64,000 nucleotides of DNA. Origin: Rhizobium sp. Q54 (lineage in GTDB: Bacteria > Pseudomonadota > Alphaproteobacteria > Rhizobiales > Rhizobiaceae). Of the stretch, positions 40,639 to 50,584 are shown piece by piece. The notes under the pieces are model-generated. The model saw only the letters and a list, made by a program, of their open reading frames with translations. It was not told the origin of the DNA and ran no database searches. The stretch is taken from positions 30,553 through 94,552 of the forward strand of contig CALRRQ020000010.1 of the NCBI GenBank assembly GCA_943370615.1. The letters are read 5' to 3'. The position numbers and the translations under genes were made by a program. How positions within the stretch are numbered: the first letter of the stretch is position 1; every line of letters starts with the position of its first letter.

Positions 40639-41442
40639 ATGAGCGGATTGTTTTCCGCGCTCGGGTCGTTCTGGGCCTGGTTGCAGTATGCCTTCGATCC
40701 GCTGTGCGGACCGGCTGGCGTCTTCACGGTCTTCGGCAGTTCGTCGCTCGTTGCCTGTGGCGCGACCGGCTGGGGAGATGAAATCGCCTTTGGCGTCAAG
40801 GTCACCGTCTCCCTTTCGCTCGCGACGCTGCCGATCGGGCTGCTGATCGGTTTTCTGGTGGCGCTTGCCATGCAGTCGGAGGAAAAGACGCTCAGGCTCG
40901 CCGGCGGCATCTACACGACGATCTTCCGTGGCCTGCCTGAACTGCTGACGCTGTTCATCGTCTATTACGGCGTGCAGATGGGCATCCAGTCGATCCTTTC
41001 CTGGTTCGGCAATGACCAGCGCATCGAGATCAACGCCTTCCTCGCCGGCATGATCGCGCTGTCCGTGGTGTTCTCCTCCTATTGCTCCGAAGTGCTGCTG
41101 TCGGCGTTCCGCGCCATCCCCAAGGGCCAGTACGAGGCCGGCGATGCGCTCGGCCTCCATCGCGGCAAGACAATGCGGCTGATCATCGTGCCGCAGTTGA
41201 TCCGCATCGCCCTGCCCGGCCTCGGCAATCTCTGGATGAACCTCCTGAAGGACACAGCGCTGGTCTCGGTCATCGGCCTCTCGGACATCCTGCGCCAGAC
41301 CGGCATCGCAGCCAAGGTCGCCAAGGAGCCGTTCTTCTTCTACCTGCTGGCCTGTGCCCTCTTCCTCTTCCTTGCCGTCATCTCGTCGATCGGCATCAGC
41401 GCGATCGATCGCTGGAGCAATCGCAGCGGAGTGCGCCGATGA
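40639..41442 (+). CDS. Amino-acid ABC permease (HisQ-like)
   Basis: Motifs FRGLPELL, EAGDALGL and LKDTALVSVI. Confidence 0.9.
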   Translation: MSGLFSALGSFWAWLQYAFDPLCGPAGVFTVFGSSSLVACGATGWGDEIAFGVKVTVSLSLATLPIGLLIGFLVALAMQSEEKTLRLAGGIYTTIFRGLPELLTLFIVYYGVQMGIQSILSWFGNDQRIEINAFLAGMIALSVVFSSYCSEVLLSAFRAIPKGQYEAGDALGLHRGKTMRLIIVPQLIRIALPGLGNLWMNLLKDTALVSVIGLSDILRQTGIAAKVAKEPFFFYLLACALFLFLAVISSIGISAIDRWSNRSGVRR

Positions 41443-42269
41443 GCTATGCGACCCAACTCATTCCGCCGCGCCCGGCCCCGCCCCAAAGGGCGACGGCCTT
41501 AAGCGGTTCGCGCATCGTCGGACTTGCCGGCATCGCATTGTGGCTGCTGCTCGCCGCCGCGCTCGCCTATATGATGATCAGCAACTGGGACACCGACAAG
41601 TTCGTCAAGTATGGCCCGCGCTACCTGTCCGGCCTCTGGGTCACACTGACTCTGGTGGTGGTCGGGATCGCCGTCGGCGCGCTCCTGTCGGTTCCGATCG
41701 CCTTTGCGCGCATGTCGAACAACCGCGTGCTCAACGTCATCTCCTACGCCTATGTCTACGTCTTCCGCGGAACGCCGCTGCTCGCGCAGATCTACCTGAT
41801 CTATTACGGTTTCGGCTCCTTCCGTCCGCAGATCGAAGCCGTGGGCCTTTGGTGGTTCTTCCGCGAGGCCTGGTATTGCGCGCTCCTGTCGATGACGCTC
41901 AACACCGCCGCCTATCAGGCGGAGATCCTGCGGGGCGCCATTCTCAGCGTGCCGCGCGGCCAGACAGAAGGCGCCAAATCGCTCGGGCTGAGCCCCTTCG
42001 TCACCTTCCGCAAGATCATCCTGCCCCAGGCCTTGATCGTGGCGCTCAGGCCCTATGGCAACGAGATCATCCTGATGATCAAGGCCTCGGCTGTCGTCGC
42101 GGTCGTCACCGTTCTCGATCTCATGGGCCAGACGCGCTACACCTTCTCGCGCACCTTCGACTATCAGGCCTATCTCTGGGCCGCGATCTTCTATCTGTCG
42201 ATGGTCGAGGCGATGCGCCACATCTGGGCCGCCATGGAAGCGAGACTGACCCGGCACCTCAAACGCTGA
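41439..42269 (+). CDS. Amino-acid ABC permease (HisM-like)
   Basis: Motifs FRGTPLLAQ, AAYQAEILRG and IKASAV. ATGA overlap with the preceding gene. Confidence 0.9.
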   Translation: MSYATQLIPPRPAPPQRATALSGSRIVGLAGIALWLLLAAALAYMMISNWDTDKFVKYGPRYLSGLWVTLTLVVVGIAVGALLSVPIAFARMSNNRVLNVISYAYVYVFRGTPLLAQIYLIYYGFGSFRPQIEAVGLWWFFREAWYCALLSMTLNTAAYQAEILRGAILSVPRGQTEGAKSLGLSPFVTFRKIILPQALIVALRPYGNEIILMIKASAVVAVVTVLDLMGQTRYTFSRTFDYQAYLWAAIFYLSMVEAMRHIWAAMEARLTRHLKR

Positions 42270-42487
42270 GCGCGTCCGACCCAAGGCGTTGGCAGCACTC
42301 AGGGAGACCGGCTGCCAACCCATTGGTTTAGAAGGGGAATTCGCGAAAGATCCACCTTCGTTAAGCTTCAGGTAATCTTACGCTGCTTCCATGGATGCAG
42401 GCCGCTTCTCAAGCGGCCGATCGGTCCGCCGAAGCGGAACACCGCCGGCTCCGGTCCTCTGGAAAAGGGAACGAAGACGAGGTTGTC

Positions 42488-42754
42488 ATGAACCACGAAA
42501 TGGAACTGATGCTGAAGGGCTACGGCCTGACGACGGCACAAATCCTCTACCGCCTGCCCGACCATCCCACCTTGCTGCAGACCTATGTCTGGCAGCACTA
42601 TGATCTGGCGCCGGACTTCCCCGAGATGAAGGGCTTTCTCAAATTCTGGCAGGAAAAGCTCGACGGGCCGCTGCATTCCGTCAGCTACGTGCACAAGCGC
42701 CTGATCGCCGCCAACGAATGGCGGGCGCTGCGGGGCGAATTCATCCTGCACTGA
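42488..42754 (+). CDS. usg: Usg-family small protein
   Basis: GYGLTTAQILYRLPDHPTLLQTYVWQHYDLAPDFP..FLKFWQEKLDGPLHSV. Confidence 0.85.
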   Translation: MNHEMELMLKGYGLTTAQILYRLPDHPTLLQTYVWQHYDLAPDFPEMKGFLKFWQEKLDGPLHSVSYVHKRLIAANEWRALRGEFILH

Positions 42755-42760
42755 CGCCGC

Positions 42761-43504
42761 TCAGACATGCACCTCGCCATGGGCGAACTCACCGTCATCA
42801 GGCTCGCGATGCAGCGCTGCGAAGACCACCGAAGAGTGCAGCAGGGCGACGGCCGACAGCACCAGCCAGCCAGGTAGCGGACCGAGCGTGGCATTGGCGA
42901 CCAGTTCTCCGAAGGAATGGACGAACTCCACGGCCCGTTCCTCGGGGAGGAGCTTGGGGCTGGAGATCTTCAGCCCCCAGGCCAGCAGCAGGATGAGATA
43001 CATCCAGACATAGTTGCGGCGGATACGGCGGAACAAGGCCTCGCGGTAGCTCATCAGAAAGGCCGGGCTGCGCAGGCTTGCCGCGATCGCCGCCGCCCAA
43101 TCGGGATTGAGCTCGGCCTGCGGGCTCAGCACCTGGGCGAAATAGTGCCGCTCAAGCTGGCGCACCCGCGCCCGGTAGACATCGAAGAAACGGTAGCGGC
43201 GCGCCTCGATCATCAGAAACAGCGAAATCAGCAGCATAGCGAACAGCACAACCCCGTGATGCGAGGTCGGCGTCGACAGCGACACCGAGAGCAGGCCCGC
43301 GACCACGGTCATGGCCCAGTTCGAGGTACGGTCGATCCGGTCGCGCCAGCTGGTCATCCGGCCGATCTCGCCGCGGTAGTAGTGGATGATCATATTGGCT
43401 TTTTCAACCGAAGTGGCCGGCAAGGCCGGCCCGTCGCCATGCGCCTTGCCTGCCGGCTGGATGACCGTGCCCGAACCCTGGATGATCTCGCCCTGTTCTG
43501 CCAT
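42761..43504 (-). CDS. DUF2270 membrane protein
   Basis: Motifs HYYRGEIGRMTSWRDRIDRTSNWA, EARRYRFFDV and RRIRRNY. Confidence 0.85.
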   Translation of the reverse strand: MAEQGEIIQGSGTVIQPAGKAHGDGPALPATSVEKANMIIHYYRGEIGRMTSWRDRIDRTSNWAMTVVAGLLSVSLSTPTSHHGVVLFAMLLISLFLMIEARRYRFFDVYRARVRQLERHYFAQVLSPQAELNPDWAAAIAASLRSPAFLMSYREALFRRIRRNYVWMYLILLLAWGLKISSPKLLPEERAVEFVHSFGELVANATLGPLPGWLVLSAVALLHSSVVFAALHREPDDGEFAHGEVHV

Positions 43505-43673
43505 GCCGCTGCCCATCTCCAGTGTAACCTTCGTGGTTATCCCGCCTAACGAGGCACGACAAGGCCGTGTTCCGGCACGCACCCCGCCTCGCGCATTGCC
43601 AAAGGCCCGGCGACCCTTTAGAGGCTGGCCAAACGGGCGCCGGCGGTCGGCGCGCAACGACTGGAGTTTCCCC

Positions 43674-44489
43674 ATGGCCAAGATCGACGAAGACGCATTG
43701 GCGGAAGCCTACAACCGGGCGCTCGCCCTTGAAAAGGCCGGCGACATCGACGCCGCCGTCAAGGCCTATGAGGAAGTGCTGGCGATCGACCCCGAGGACC
43801 ATGGCGGCGCCTCCGTCCGTATCGCCTCGCTCGGCCGCGGCGAAGCCCCGCCGAAGGCGCCCGACGCCTATGTCGAGACCCTGTTCGACCAGCATGCCGA
43901 AGCCTTCGAGGACATTCTCGTCGAACAACTCGGCTATGCGGTTCCCGCCATGGTCCGCCAGCGGCTGCAGGCGCTGGAGCTCGGCCCCTTCAAGCGCATG
44001 CTCGACCTCGGCTGCGGCACCGGCCTCACCGGCGGCACGCTGCGCGACATGGTCGACGACATCACCGGCATCGACATCTCCGAAAACATGGTCGAGATCG
44101 CCCACGAGAAGGATCTCTACGAGACGCTCTACGTCGCCGAGGTCGAGGATTTTCTCGAGGACAATGACGACGAGGCCTTCGATCTCATCACCGCGACCGA
44201 CGTGCTGCCCTATCTCGGCGCGCTCGAGCCGCTGTTCTTCGGTGCGGCGGAGAACATGGTCGAGGGCGGCCTCTTCATCTTCTCGTCCGAGACCCTGCCC
44301 GAGGACGTGCTGGCCGGACGCACCTACATGGTCGGCCCGCACCAGCGCTTCGCCCATTCGGAAGCCTATATCCGCGAACGGCTGGCCTCGACCGGGTTCG
44401 AGATCGTCGAGATATCCGAGATCAATGTGCGCATGCAGGACGGCAACCCCTCCCCGGGCCATCTGGTGATCGCACGGCTCAAGGGCTGA
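43674..44489 (+). CDS. SAM-dependent methyltransferase with an N-terminal TPR (COG4976-like)
   Basis: A TPR-like helix pair, YVETLFDQHAEAFE..LVEQLGY, LDLGCGTGL and ATDVLPYLG. Confidence 0.88.
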   Translation: MAKIDEDALAEAYNRALALEKAGDIDAAVKAYEEVLAIDPEDHGGASVRIASLGRGEAPPKAPDAYVETLFDQHAEAFEDILVEQLGYAVPAMVRQRLQALELGPFKRMLDLGCGTGLTGGTLRDMVDDITGIDISENMVEIAHEKDLYETLYVAEVEDFLEDNDDEAFDLITATDVLPYLGALEPLFFGAAENMVEGGLFIFSSETLPEDVLAGRTYMVGPHQRFAHSEAYIRERLASTGFEIVEISEINVRMQDGNPSPGHLVIARLKG

Positions 44490-44568
44490 GCGATTGCCGC
44501 GCCGGTGATTTGGTGAGAAGCTGACGGGGCCGCCGGAGCAGCCCGTCTCTTCCCGTCAGAGGTCCCCC

Positions 44569-44835
44569 ATGATCCTCGCCACGTCTTTCGTCGTCCTTCT
44601 CTGTCTGGCCGGCCAGGTCCAGGCCGCAGGCGATCCGGTCGCCGGCGAAGCCGCCTATGCCAAGGCCTGCGCCCGCTGCCACCGCAGCGTCGACCGCCTC
44701 GTCCCGATGATCGGCGGAGACGACGCGGCGACCCGCAGCGCCTATCTCGACGGCTTCCTCGCCGACCACAGAGTGCCCGATCCGGCCATGCGCGCCGACA
44801 TCATCGCCTACCTGCTGAAAGTTTCCGGCTTGTGA
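44569..44835 (+). CDS. Small c-type cytochrome
   Basis: Signal peptide, GDPVAGEAAY and the heme motif CARCH. Confidence 0.8.
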   Translation: MILATSFVVLLCLAGQVQAAGDPVAGEAAYAKACARCHRSVDRLVPMIGGDDAATRSAYLDGFLADHRVPDPAMRADIIAYLLKVSGL

Positions 44836-44924
44836 GAAGCGCCGCCCGGCCTGCTGCGCTTTTCCTTCGCCGCGCAATGCTTTAATCCTGCCCACACGAA
44901 ACACGAGGCAGGAGAATTCTGAGC

Positions 44925-45797
44925 ATGGCCAAGGTCGCATTCATCGGTTTGGGCGTCATGGGTTACCCCATGGCGGGGCACCTGAAGACCAAGGGCGGAC
45001 ACGACGTCACCGTCTATAACCGCACCGCCGCCAAGGCCGAGAAATGGGTCGCCCAGTTCGGCGGCAAGGCGGCGGCCACCCCGGCGGAAGCAGCCGCAGA
45101 AGCCGATTTCGTCTTCACCTGCGTCGGCAATGACGACGACCTGCGCTCGGTGACGATCGGCAAGGACGGCGCGCTGGCCGGCATGAAGTCCGGTGCCATC
45201 CTGATCGACAACACCACCGCATCGGCCGAAGTCGCCCGCGAGCTTGCCGAGGCAGCCGCGGCAAAGGGTTGCGGCTTTGTCGACGCACCCGTCTCCGGCG
45301 GCCAGGCCGGCGCCGAGAACGGCGTGCTGACCGTGATGTGCGGCGGCGATCAGGCGACCTTCGACAAGGCCAAGCCGGTGATCGACGCCTTTGCCCGCAT
45401 GGTCGGGCTGATGGGTCCGGCGGGATCCGGCCAGCTCACCAAGATGATCAACCAGATCTGCATCGCCGGCCTGGTCCAGGGCCTTGCCGAGGGCATTCAC
45501 TTCGGCAAGAAGGCCGGCCTCGACATTGAAAAGGTCATCGAAGTCATCTCCAAGGGGGCGGCCGGTTCCTGGCAGATGGAGAACCGCCACAAGACGATGA
45601 ACGAGGGCAAGTACGAATTCGGCTTTGCCGTCGACTGGATGCGCAAGGATCTCGATATCGTGCTGTCGGAAGCCCGCCGCAACGGCGCGGCCCTGCCGGT
45701 TACCGCTCTGGTCGACCAGTTCTACGGCGAAGTGCAGAAGCTCGGCGGCAATCGCTGGGACACGTCCTCGCTGCTCGCCCGGCTCGAAAAGAAATGA
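44925..45797 (+). CDS. NAD(P)-dependent oxidoreductase, beta-hydroxyacid dehydrogenase family
   Basis: Motifs FIGLGVMGYPMA, DAPVSGG, GSGQLTKMINQ and MRKDL. Confidence 0.92.
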   Translation: MAKVAFIGLGVMGYPMAGHLKTKGGHDVTVYNRTAAKAEKWVAQFGGKAAATPAEAAAEADFVFTCVGNDDDLRSVTIGKDGALAGMKSGAILIDNTTASAEVARELAEAAAAKGCGFVDAPVSGGQAGAENGVLTVMCGGDQATFDKAKPVIDAFARMVGLMGPAGSGQLTKMINQICIAGLVQGLAEGIHFGKKAGLDIEKVIEVISKGAAGSWQMENRHKTMNEGKYEFGFAVDWMRKDLDIVLSEARRNGAALPVTALVDQFYGEVQKLGGNRWDTSSLLARLEKK

Positions 45798-46486
45798 CGC
45801 TGACGCCGGCATCTTCGGTCGACGAGATCGTCGCCTGCCTGAAGTCGTTGCGCAACGAGGCCAATATTGCCGGCATGGCCCGGTTCGGCATCGAAACGAC
45901 CACGGCGCTCGGCATCTCGACGCCGCAGATGCAGGCCATTGCCCGGCAGGTGAAGCGCGATCACCGCCGGGCGCTCGCCCTGTGGGGCACGGGCCTTCGC
46001 GACGCGCGCATGCTGGCGATCCTGACCGCCGATCCCAAGGCGCTGGCCGCGGACGAGGTTCGCGCCTGGGCCGGCGACTTCAACTCCTGGGAAATTGTCG
46101 ACACGGCAGCGGATCTCTTCACCGACACGCCCTACTGGCGTGACCTCGTCGAGGAATTCGCCGCCGACGAGCGCGAATATGTCCGGCGTACCGCCTTCGC
46201 CATGATCGCCGGCGCCACGGTCCACAACAAGGACGAGCCGGATCAGGCCCTGCTCGCCTATCTGCCGCTGATCGAGAAACACGCAAGCGACCCGCGCAAC
46301 TTCGTCCGCAAGGCGGTGAACTGGGCGCTGCGCAATATCGGCAAGCGCAACCGCACCTGCCACGCCCCGGCCCTGGCGCTCGCTGAAAAACTGGCGGCGA
46401 GCAGCGACAAGACGGCACGGTGGATCGGCAAGGATGCGGTGCGCGAACTGACGAGCGAAAAGATCCTCAAGCGCCTGAAGCCCTGA
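45794..46486 (+). CDS. DNA alkylation repair protein (AlkD-like HEAT repeat)
   Basis: Motifs WEIVD, EREYVRR and DPRNFVRKAVNWALRNIGKR. ATGA overlap. Confidence 0.85.
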   Translation: MTLTPASSVDEIVACLKSLRNEANIAGMARFGIETTTALGISTPQMQAIARQVKRDHRRALALWGTGLRDARMLAILTADPKALAADEVRAWAGDFNSWEIVDTAADLFTDTPYWRDLVEEFAADEREYVRRTAFAMIAGATVHNKDEPDQALLAYLPLIEKHASDPRNFVRKAVNWALRNIGKRNRTCHAPALALAEKLAASSDKTARWIGKDAVRELTSEKILKRLKP

Positions 46487-46501
46487 GGCTCGCGGCGAAC
46501 C

Positions 46502-46990
46502 TCAGTCCTCGGAATTGCGCTGGTTGTCGAGCAGCATGTAGTCGAGCGGCAGTTCCGTCGTGTACTTGATCTGCTCCATGGCGAAGGCCGAGGAGACGTC
46601 GCGGATCTCGATCTTGGCGATCATGCGCTTGTAGAAGGCGTCATAGGCGGCAATGTCCGGCACGACGACGCGCAGCAGGTAGTCGACGTCGCCGCTCATG
46701 CGGTAGAACTCGACGACCTCAGGGAATTCCGCCACCACTTCGGAAAAGCGCTTCAACCATTCGATCGAATGGCTGGAGGTGCGGATCGAGACGAAGACGG
46801 TGACCTTGGTATTGACCTTGACCGGGTCGAGCAGCGCGACACGGCGGCGGATGATACCGTCTTCCTCCATCTTCTGGATACGCCGCCAGCACGGCGTGGT
46901 CGACAATCCGACCTTCTTCGCCAGATCGGCGACGGCCAGGGTGGAGTCTTCCTGAAGGATGCGGAGAATTTTTCGGTCGAGTCTGTCCAT
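46502..46990 (-). CDS. Lrp/AsnC-family regulator
   Basis: DRLDRKILRIL..LAKKVGLSTTPCWRRIQKME and EFYRMSGDVDYLL. Confidence 0.94.
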   Translation of the reverse strand: MDRLDRKILRILQEDSTLAVADLAKKVGLSTTPCWRRIQKMEEDGIIRRRVALLDPVKVNTKVTVFVSIRTSSHSIEWLKRFSEVVAEFPEVVEFYRMSGDVDYLLRVVVPDIAAYDAFYKRMIAKIEIRDVSSAFAMEQIKYTTELPLDYMLLDNQRNSED

Positions 46991-47054
46991 GCCAAAGCCT
47001 TTCGAATAATTTTCTCGGTATAGCTGAAAATCCGTTAAAGCAAAGAAAATCGTT

Positions 47055-47711
47055 TCAAGTCGCGAGCTTCTCCACCTCGCGTTTCAGCACCGGCAAAACC
47101 TCGGCCTCGAACCAGGGATGACGCTTCAGCCAGCCGGTATTGCGCCAGCTCGGATGCGGCAGCGGCAACACCTTCGGCCCCTCGACATTGCCCTGCCAGT
47201 AGTCGCGCCAGTGCTCGACCGTCTCGGTCATCGTCTTTCGCCGGCGGCCACCCAGATGAAAGGCCTGGGCGTATTGTCCGATCGCCAGCACCAGCTCGAC
47301 CTGCGGCATGGCCGCCAGAACCGTCTCGCGCCAGTGCGGCGCGCATTCACGCCGCGGCGGCAGGTCGTGACCGTTTTCGTTGTAGCCGGGAAAGCAGAAG
47401 CCCATGGGCACGATGGCGAAGCGCCGACGATCGTAGAAGGCCTCGCGGTCGACGCCGAGCCACTGACGCAGCCGGTCGCCGGAGGCATCGTTGAACGGCA
47501 GACCCGTCTCGTGCACCCTCAATCCCGGCGCCTGGCCGGCGATCAGGATACGGGCCTGCGAGGAGATGATGGCCACCGGGCGCGGCTCGTGCGGCAGGCG
47601 GTATTCAGGCCCGCCGGCCGGACAGTCGCGGCAGATACGGCAGGCGGCAATCGCGCGCCGGAGCGGATCCAACGCCTCGTCCATGCCCTCGGCAGCGCCT
47701 GCCTCTTCCAT
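47055..47711 (-). CDS. Uracil-DNA glycosylase superfamily protein
   Basis: Motifs ACRIC, IAGQAPG, FNDASGDRLR, MGFCFPG and LPHPSWRN. An alternative start is at 47684. Confidence 0.88.
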   Translation of the reverse strand: MEEAGAAEGMDEALDPLRRAIAACRICRDCPAGGPEYRLPHEPRPVAIISSQARILIAGQAPGLRVHETGLPFNDASGDRLRQWLGVDREAFYDRRRFAIVPMGFCFPGYNENGHDLPPRRECAPHWRETVLAAMPQVELVLAIGQYAQAFHLGGRRRKTMTETVEHWRDYWQGNVEGPKVLPLPHPSWRNTGWLKRHPWFEAEVLPVLKREVEKLAT

Positions 47712-47722
47712 GCTCGAACCGT

Positions 47723-48334
47723 TCAGAGGGCAGCGCTCGGCCGCGCGTGCACGGCCTTGTACCAGCGCCAGACATGCGTCAGCTCTTCCGGACAGGTGAT
47801 CTTCGCCGGTTTCATGAATTCGAAGGCGATCATCGCCGTGATGTCGGCAATCGTATAGCGCGGCCCGGCAATGAACTCGCGGGTCGCCAGCTCGCCGTCG
47901 AGGAAACGCAGGAAGTCCAGGACCTTCGGCTTGTTTGCCTCGCCCCATTCCGGCACTTGCGGCACTTCCCATTCGCGCATGGCCGGATGCAGGTGACGGA
48001 AGGCGGCGGCCACCGCGGCGAAGAAGCTCAGCTCCGCCCGCCGGTTCCACATCTCCACCAGCGCCCTGTCCTTGGCGTCGATGCCGAACAGCGGCGGATC
48101 CGGCTGGATCTCCTCGAAGTAGCGGCAGATGGCGACCGATTCGCACAGGATGGTACCGTCGTCGAGTTCCAGGACCGGCAGTCGCTGCAGCGGGTTCTTC
48201 GAGGTGATCTCGGGCGATTTGTGCCCGAACGAACCCATGTCGACCGGCACGATCTCGACCTCGATCCCCTTTTCCTTGAGGAACACCGTGACCCGGCGTG
48301 GATTGGGCGCTCGCCCGCCGTCATAAAGCTTCAT
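47723..48334 (-). CDS. Glutathione S-transferase family protein
   Basis: Motifs APNPRRV, NPLQRLPVL, LCESVAI and YTIADI. Confidence 0.92.
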   Translation of the reverse strand: MKLYDGGRAPNPRRVTVFLKEKGIEVEIVPVDMGSFGHKSPEITSKNPLQRLPVLELDDGTILCESVAICRYFEEIQPDPPLFGIDAKDRALVEMWNRRAELSFFAAVAAAFRHLHPAMREWEVPQVPEWGEANKPKVLDFLRFLDGELATREFIAGPRYTIADITAMIAFEFMKPAKITCPEELTHVWRWYKAVHARPSAAL

Positions 48335-48355
48335 GAAACCTCCCGCGATTTTGCC

Positions 48356-48940
48356 TCAGTTGACACCAAGCCAGCGGCCAAGGGAAGCCACAAAACCCGG
48401 AGAATGTTCGCTCTCGTCGAGCGCCGCGCCGGCCTGATGGCTACGCCTCCAATCGGCCGGTCGCTGGAATACAGCCGCCCACAGGCCCTTGCCGTCAAGC
48501 CGCGCCGCCGTCTCCTCGCGACCGTAGTCGCCATAGGACACGGCAAACCCGTCGCGCACCAGCGCCGCATTGACGTCGGCCTCGCCTGCCCTGCAGCGGA
48601 CCAGAAGGCGGCCGTAGCGGTCGCGATCGCCGCCGCGGCAGGAGAAATCGTTCCGAGCCACCCACTCTGCGAGCCTTCGCTTTGCGATCTCGCCGCATGC
48701 GGTCGGGGCTTCGGCCGGACCGCAGCTCTGCCCGATCTCCGGTGCGTCGATCCCCTCCAGCCGGAACCGTGCCCCCGCCTGCATCAGCGTATCGCCGTCG
48801 ACCGCGATGAAACGCCCGGCAAAGGTCTGCCGATTGTCGTTCTCCAGCTTGGCGGCGATCAGCAGGCCTAGAAACAGCATGGAAATGCCGATGACGGCAT
48901 CGCGCGCCACGCGCCATGCACGCTTCACATTTCGGCCCAT
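48356..48940 (-). CDS. Thermonuclease (SNase-like) family protein with a membrane anchor
   Basis: Motifs VDGDT, RLEGIDAPE, DRYGRLL and LVRDGFA. Confidence 0.88.
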   Translation of the reverse strand: MGRNVKRAWRVARDAVIGISMLFLGLLIAAKLENDNRQTFAGRFIAVDGDTLMQAGARFRLEGIDAPEIGQSCGPAEAPTACGEIAKRRLAEWVARNDFSCRGGDRDRYGRLLVRCRAGEADVNAALVRDGFAVSYGDYGREETAARLDGKGLWAAVFQRPADWRRSHQAGAALDESEHSPGFVASLGRWLGVN

Positions 48941-49048
48941 TTCAACAACGAAACCTTGGCGAGCATGGCAAACAAATCCTTTTCGACAGCATCTTCTTAA
49001 GAATTACCCGCTAACTTCGCCTGATCCGCGACAAGTGACCATCCGAAT

Positions 49049-50584
49049 ATGAGTAAAGGCGTCCCAACCTCGGCTGACAAGAACATCGTCGACCTCTCCC
49101 GCGGCCATCGCAACACGGCTGTGGCGAAGGCGGTCCGGACGACGCGCGAACGTTTGCAGTCGAGCAAGGCCGGGACGATGCTGTTCGAGAGCGAAATGCT
49201 CGGCATGCATGTCGGCGCCACCCTGCAGGGTGCGGCCGTGATGCCGATCGTCATCCTCATGGTCAGCGGATTCGGCGCCTACATCAATCCCGATCCGACG
49301 CTTTTCCTCTGGACTCTGGCGACGCTCACCGTCCACGCGCTCAATATCCTCCTCGTCAAGCGCGCCGCGCGCCATGACCTGGCCGCGGCCAACCTGGTCA
49401 AGTGGCGCCGCCTGCTGCTCGCCGGCCAGGCCGCGATGGGCGTCTGCTGGGCCTTCTTCTCGCTGCAGTCCTGTACCGCCTGCGGCGGCGACACCTTCGT
49501 GCTCTACAAGGGCGCGGCGCTGCTGATCGTGCTGTCGGTCACGGCCATGTCGAACATGCTGCTGCGCCAGGCGGTGCTGTTCGGCTTCCTGCCGACCGTC
49601 GGCGCGCTGGTCTATGTGGCGATGACCACACGCTATGCGCTCGACATCGGCGTCACCGCACTGTTCACCACGGCGCTGATCTTCTTCATCTACATCACCA
49701 GCCGGCTGCATCAGGCCAACCTCAAGCTCCTCTCCTTCCAGACGGAAAAGGACGACCTGATCGCCGAACTCGAAGTGGCGAAATCGCTGTCCGACGAAGC
49801 CCGCCGTCGCGCGGAAGAGGCCAATCTCGCCAAATCGCGCTTCCTCGCCTCGATGTCGCACGAGCTCAGAACCCCGCTCAACGCCATTCTCGGCTTCTCC
49901 GAGGTCATGGCGACCGAAGTGCTCGGCCCGCTCAACAATCCGCTCTACAAGGAATATTCCGGCGACATCCATCGCTCCGGCCAGCACCTGCTCGACCTCA
50001 TCAACGAGATCCTCGACCTGTCGCGCATCGAGGCAGGCAAATACGAGCTGAACGAAGAGGTCGTCTCGCTGCTCGACCTCGCCGAGGATTGCGTCGGCAT
50101 GGTGCAGTTGCGCGCCAAGGCCAAGAACATCACCATCGAGGAACAGTTCCAGCCCGACCTGCCGGCCGTATGGGCCGACGAGAAGGCCATGCGCCAGGTG
50201 GTGCTGAACCTGCTGTCGAACGCGGTCAAATTCACGCCCCAGGGCGGCGAGATCCGCGTCAAGGTCGGCTGGACCGCCGGCGGCGGCCAGTATGTCTCCA
50301 TCCGCGACAACGGCCCCGGCATCCCCGAGAACGAGATCCCGGTCGTGCTGTCCGCCTTCGGCCAGGGCTCGATCGCCATCAAGAGCGCCGAACAGGGCAC
50401 CGGCCTCGGCCTGCCGATCGTCCAGGCGATCCTTGCCAAGCATGGTGGCGAATTCAAGCTCAAGTCGAAGCTGCGCGAAGGCACCGAGGTCATCGCCATC
50501 CTGCCGGCGCACCGCGTGCTCGAAAGCCTGCCGGCCGTGACCGAGACCCAGGCGGTCGAGCCGCGCAAGCGCCAGTTCGCCTGA
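49049..50584 (+). CDS. pdhS2: Membrane histidine kinase of the PleC/DivJ (PdhS) family, PdhS2/CbrB-like
   Basis: Multiple TM helices and the H-box FLASMSHELRTPLNAILGFSE, with His at residue 271 and Thr at 275 by my count. It lies near dgkA-cobT, as I recall for CbrB/PdhS2. No cognate regulator is adjacent. Confidence 0.7.
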   Translation: MSKGVPTSADKNIVDLSRGHRNTAVAKAVRTTRERLQSSKAGTMLFESEMLGMHVGATLQGAAVMPIVILMVSGFGAYINPDPTLFLWTLATLTVHALNILLVKRAARHDLAAANLVKWRRLLLAGQAAMGVCWAFFSLQSCTACGGDTFVLYKGAALLIVLSVTAMSNMLLRQAVLFGFLPTVGALVYVAMTTRYALDIGVTALFTTALIFFIYITSRLHQANLKLLSFQTEKDDLIAELEVAKSLSDEARRRAEEANLAKSRFLASMSHELRTPLNAILGFSEVMATEVLGPLNNPLYKEYSGDIHRSGQHLLDLINEILDLSRIEAGKYELNEEVVSLLDLAEDCVGMVQLRAKAKNITIEEQFQPDLPAVWADEKAMRQVVLNLLSNAVKFTPQGGEIRVKVGWTAGGGQYVSIRDNGPGIPENEIPVVLSAFGQGSIAIKSAEQGTGLGLPIVQAILAKHGGEFKLKSKLREGTEVIAILPAHRVLESLPAVTETQAVEPRKRQFA

